Assembly (NCBI GenBank): GCA_963730935.1
Contig: CAVSTP010000004.1
Location: 480,001 to 544,000, forward strand
Source: an uncultured Nitrospiraceae bacterium
Lineage (GTDB): Bacteria > Nitrospirota > Nitrospiria > Nitrospirales > Nitrospiraceae
Length of the DNA: 64,000 nt
Direction: 5' to 3'
The position numbers were made by a program, and so were the translations under genes. A model generated the notes under the pieces. The model worked only from the letters and a program-made list of their open reading frames with translations, did not search any database and had not been told where the DNA came from. Positions within the stretch are counted from its first letter, which is position 1, and each line of letters starts with the position of its first letter. Positions 63,011 through 64,000 of the stretch are shown piece by piece.

Positions 63011-63244
63011 ATGCCCTCCTTGCTACATCCAGTCCCTTGCTCCCTCACTCCATCCAGCCCGCTCGAGCAGGACATCATTGTGCATCTCGACGGCCAGGAT
63101 GTCGTGACGCTGGATGCACTGATCAAGCAGATGCCCCAGTACAGCTGGAGTCATATTTTTCAGGCCGTCGATACGCTGGCCCGTTGCGGCAGGATCAGCC
63201 TCCACCGGCGCGGCTTCGTGTTATACGCTCGTCTCGAAGGATGA
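63011..63244 (+). CDS. Small winged-helix-like hypothetical protein
   Basis: SWSHIFQAVDTLARCGRI. Confidence 0.5.
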   Translation: MPSLLHPVPCSLTPSSPLEQDIIVHLDGQDVVTLDALIKQMPQYSWSHIFQAVDTLARCGRISLHRRGFVLYARLEG

Positions 63245-63247
63245 CGA

Positions 63248-63350
63248 GCAATCACACCCTGGATGAGCGGGGGGACTTGGGGTCATTCCCGAATGCGAGC
63301 GGAGTACTGGCTGGGCCTCCAACGGACTTATGACGTGGAGGCGGGGAAGA
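63248..63350 (+). pseudogene. HigA/VapI-like antitoxin C-terminal remnant
   Basis: AEYWLGLQRTYDVE preceded by an out-of-frame AITP.. Confidence 0.4.
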
Positions 63351-64000
63351 AACCGGTCCCGCGCGAACAGGGCGGCAAGAACACTCGGCACCGTCATTCT
63401 GGTAGAGGCGTAATAACGTGCTCCTTGCTTCTTGCCCACGCCCGCAGCCAAGATATAACAGCATCGAGTCCGATCTCTCTCAATGTAGTCGTGGAACTCT
63501 CAACGTGCATGCCGGAGGAGGTGAGCGTCTATGGTCAGCGAACTGCGCGGAGCTGCCCTCTTGTTCGTGGCATTCGTCTTTTTCCTGATGATCATTTGCG
63601 TGCTGGTGCTTGGATCAGTCATGAGGCCTGGCCGTTGGAGTGAACGGCCACGAGTTGCCGCATGACACGGCCACGCCCAGGGCACGCAGGCTACGCCACG
63701 TCACGTCGAACCAATCGGCGGCGGCATCCATCATGCTCTGGTGCACCCATTCCGCGGATTAAGTCCTAGCTGTAACGGTCACGTGTTGTTCGTAAGCATT
63801 TGAATTACTTAGGCCATCGAATTTCGCTGGATCTCCGACCCCTTCCAAACTATACTTCCCCCCGCGCGTCATCCGAACCTGCTCACCCTGGGATTCCTAT
63901 GAACTTCAACGATGAAAAGCTGATGAGAGCGAAGAAAGCGGTGGATCTCGTCAATTCCTGTACCATCTCGATCGATCAAGCCATCGCGGTCGCCTTGGCC

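Overview
Bacterial chromosome window whose gene content looks Nitrospira-like (inference; no database search run). About 1-42.9 kb is mostly housekeeping: trpBA, lolD/lolCE, lysS, prfB with its programmed +1 frameshift, lnt, topoisomerase VI (top6B/top6A), peroxiredoxin, an AddAB-type helicase-nuclease, lgt, tRNA-Leu(TAA), comM, a twice-frameshifted clpB and a QseEGF/GlrKR-like three-gene system. A 6S-like ncRNA with its own promoter lies divergent from top6B. About 43-61.3 kb is visibly more AT-rich and accessory. Two 49-50 bp copies of the 3' half of tRNA-Thr(TGT) (44962, 52129), plus the intact tRNA (61254-61328), delimit two tandem islands with no recognisable integrase; each has its own arm-type-like direct repeats. 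The most striking feature is in the right island: five copies of a fixed-geometry 62-bp element (22-bp near-invariant hairpin + 15 variable nt + conserved GCCAGTCAGGTAAAG-N4-ATACA). They alternate with unrelated, co-oriented genes, like an integron cassette array but with no attC or IntI. The islands also carry secreted proteins with a shared (D/E)VQ(E/T)R motif, an ExeA-DUF3365 fusion, an HD-GYP protein with an internal duplication, orphan receiver domains and a broken ATP-dependent ligase.
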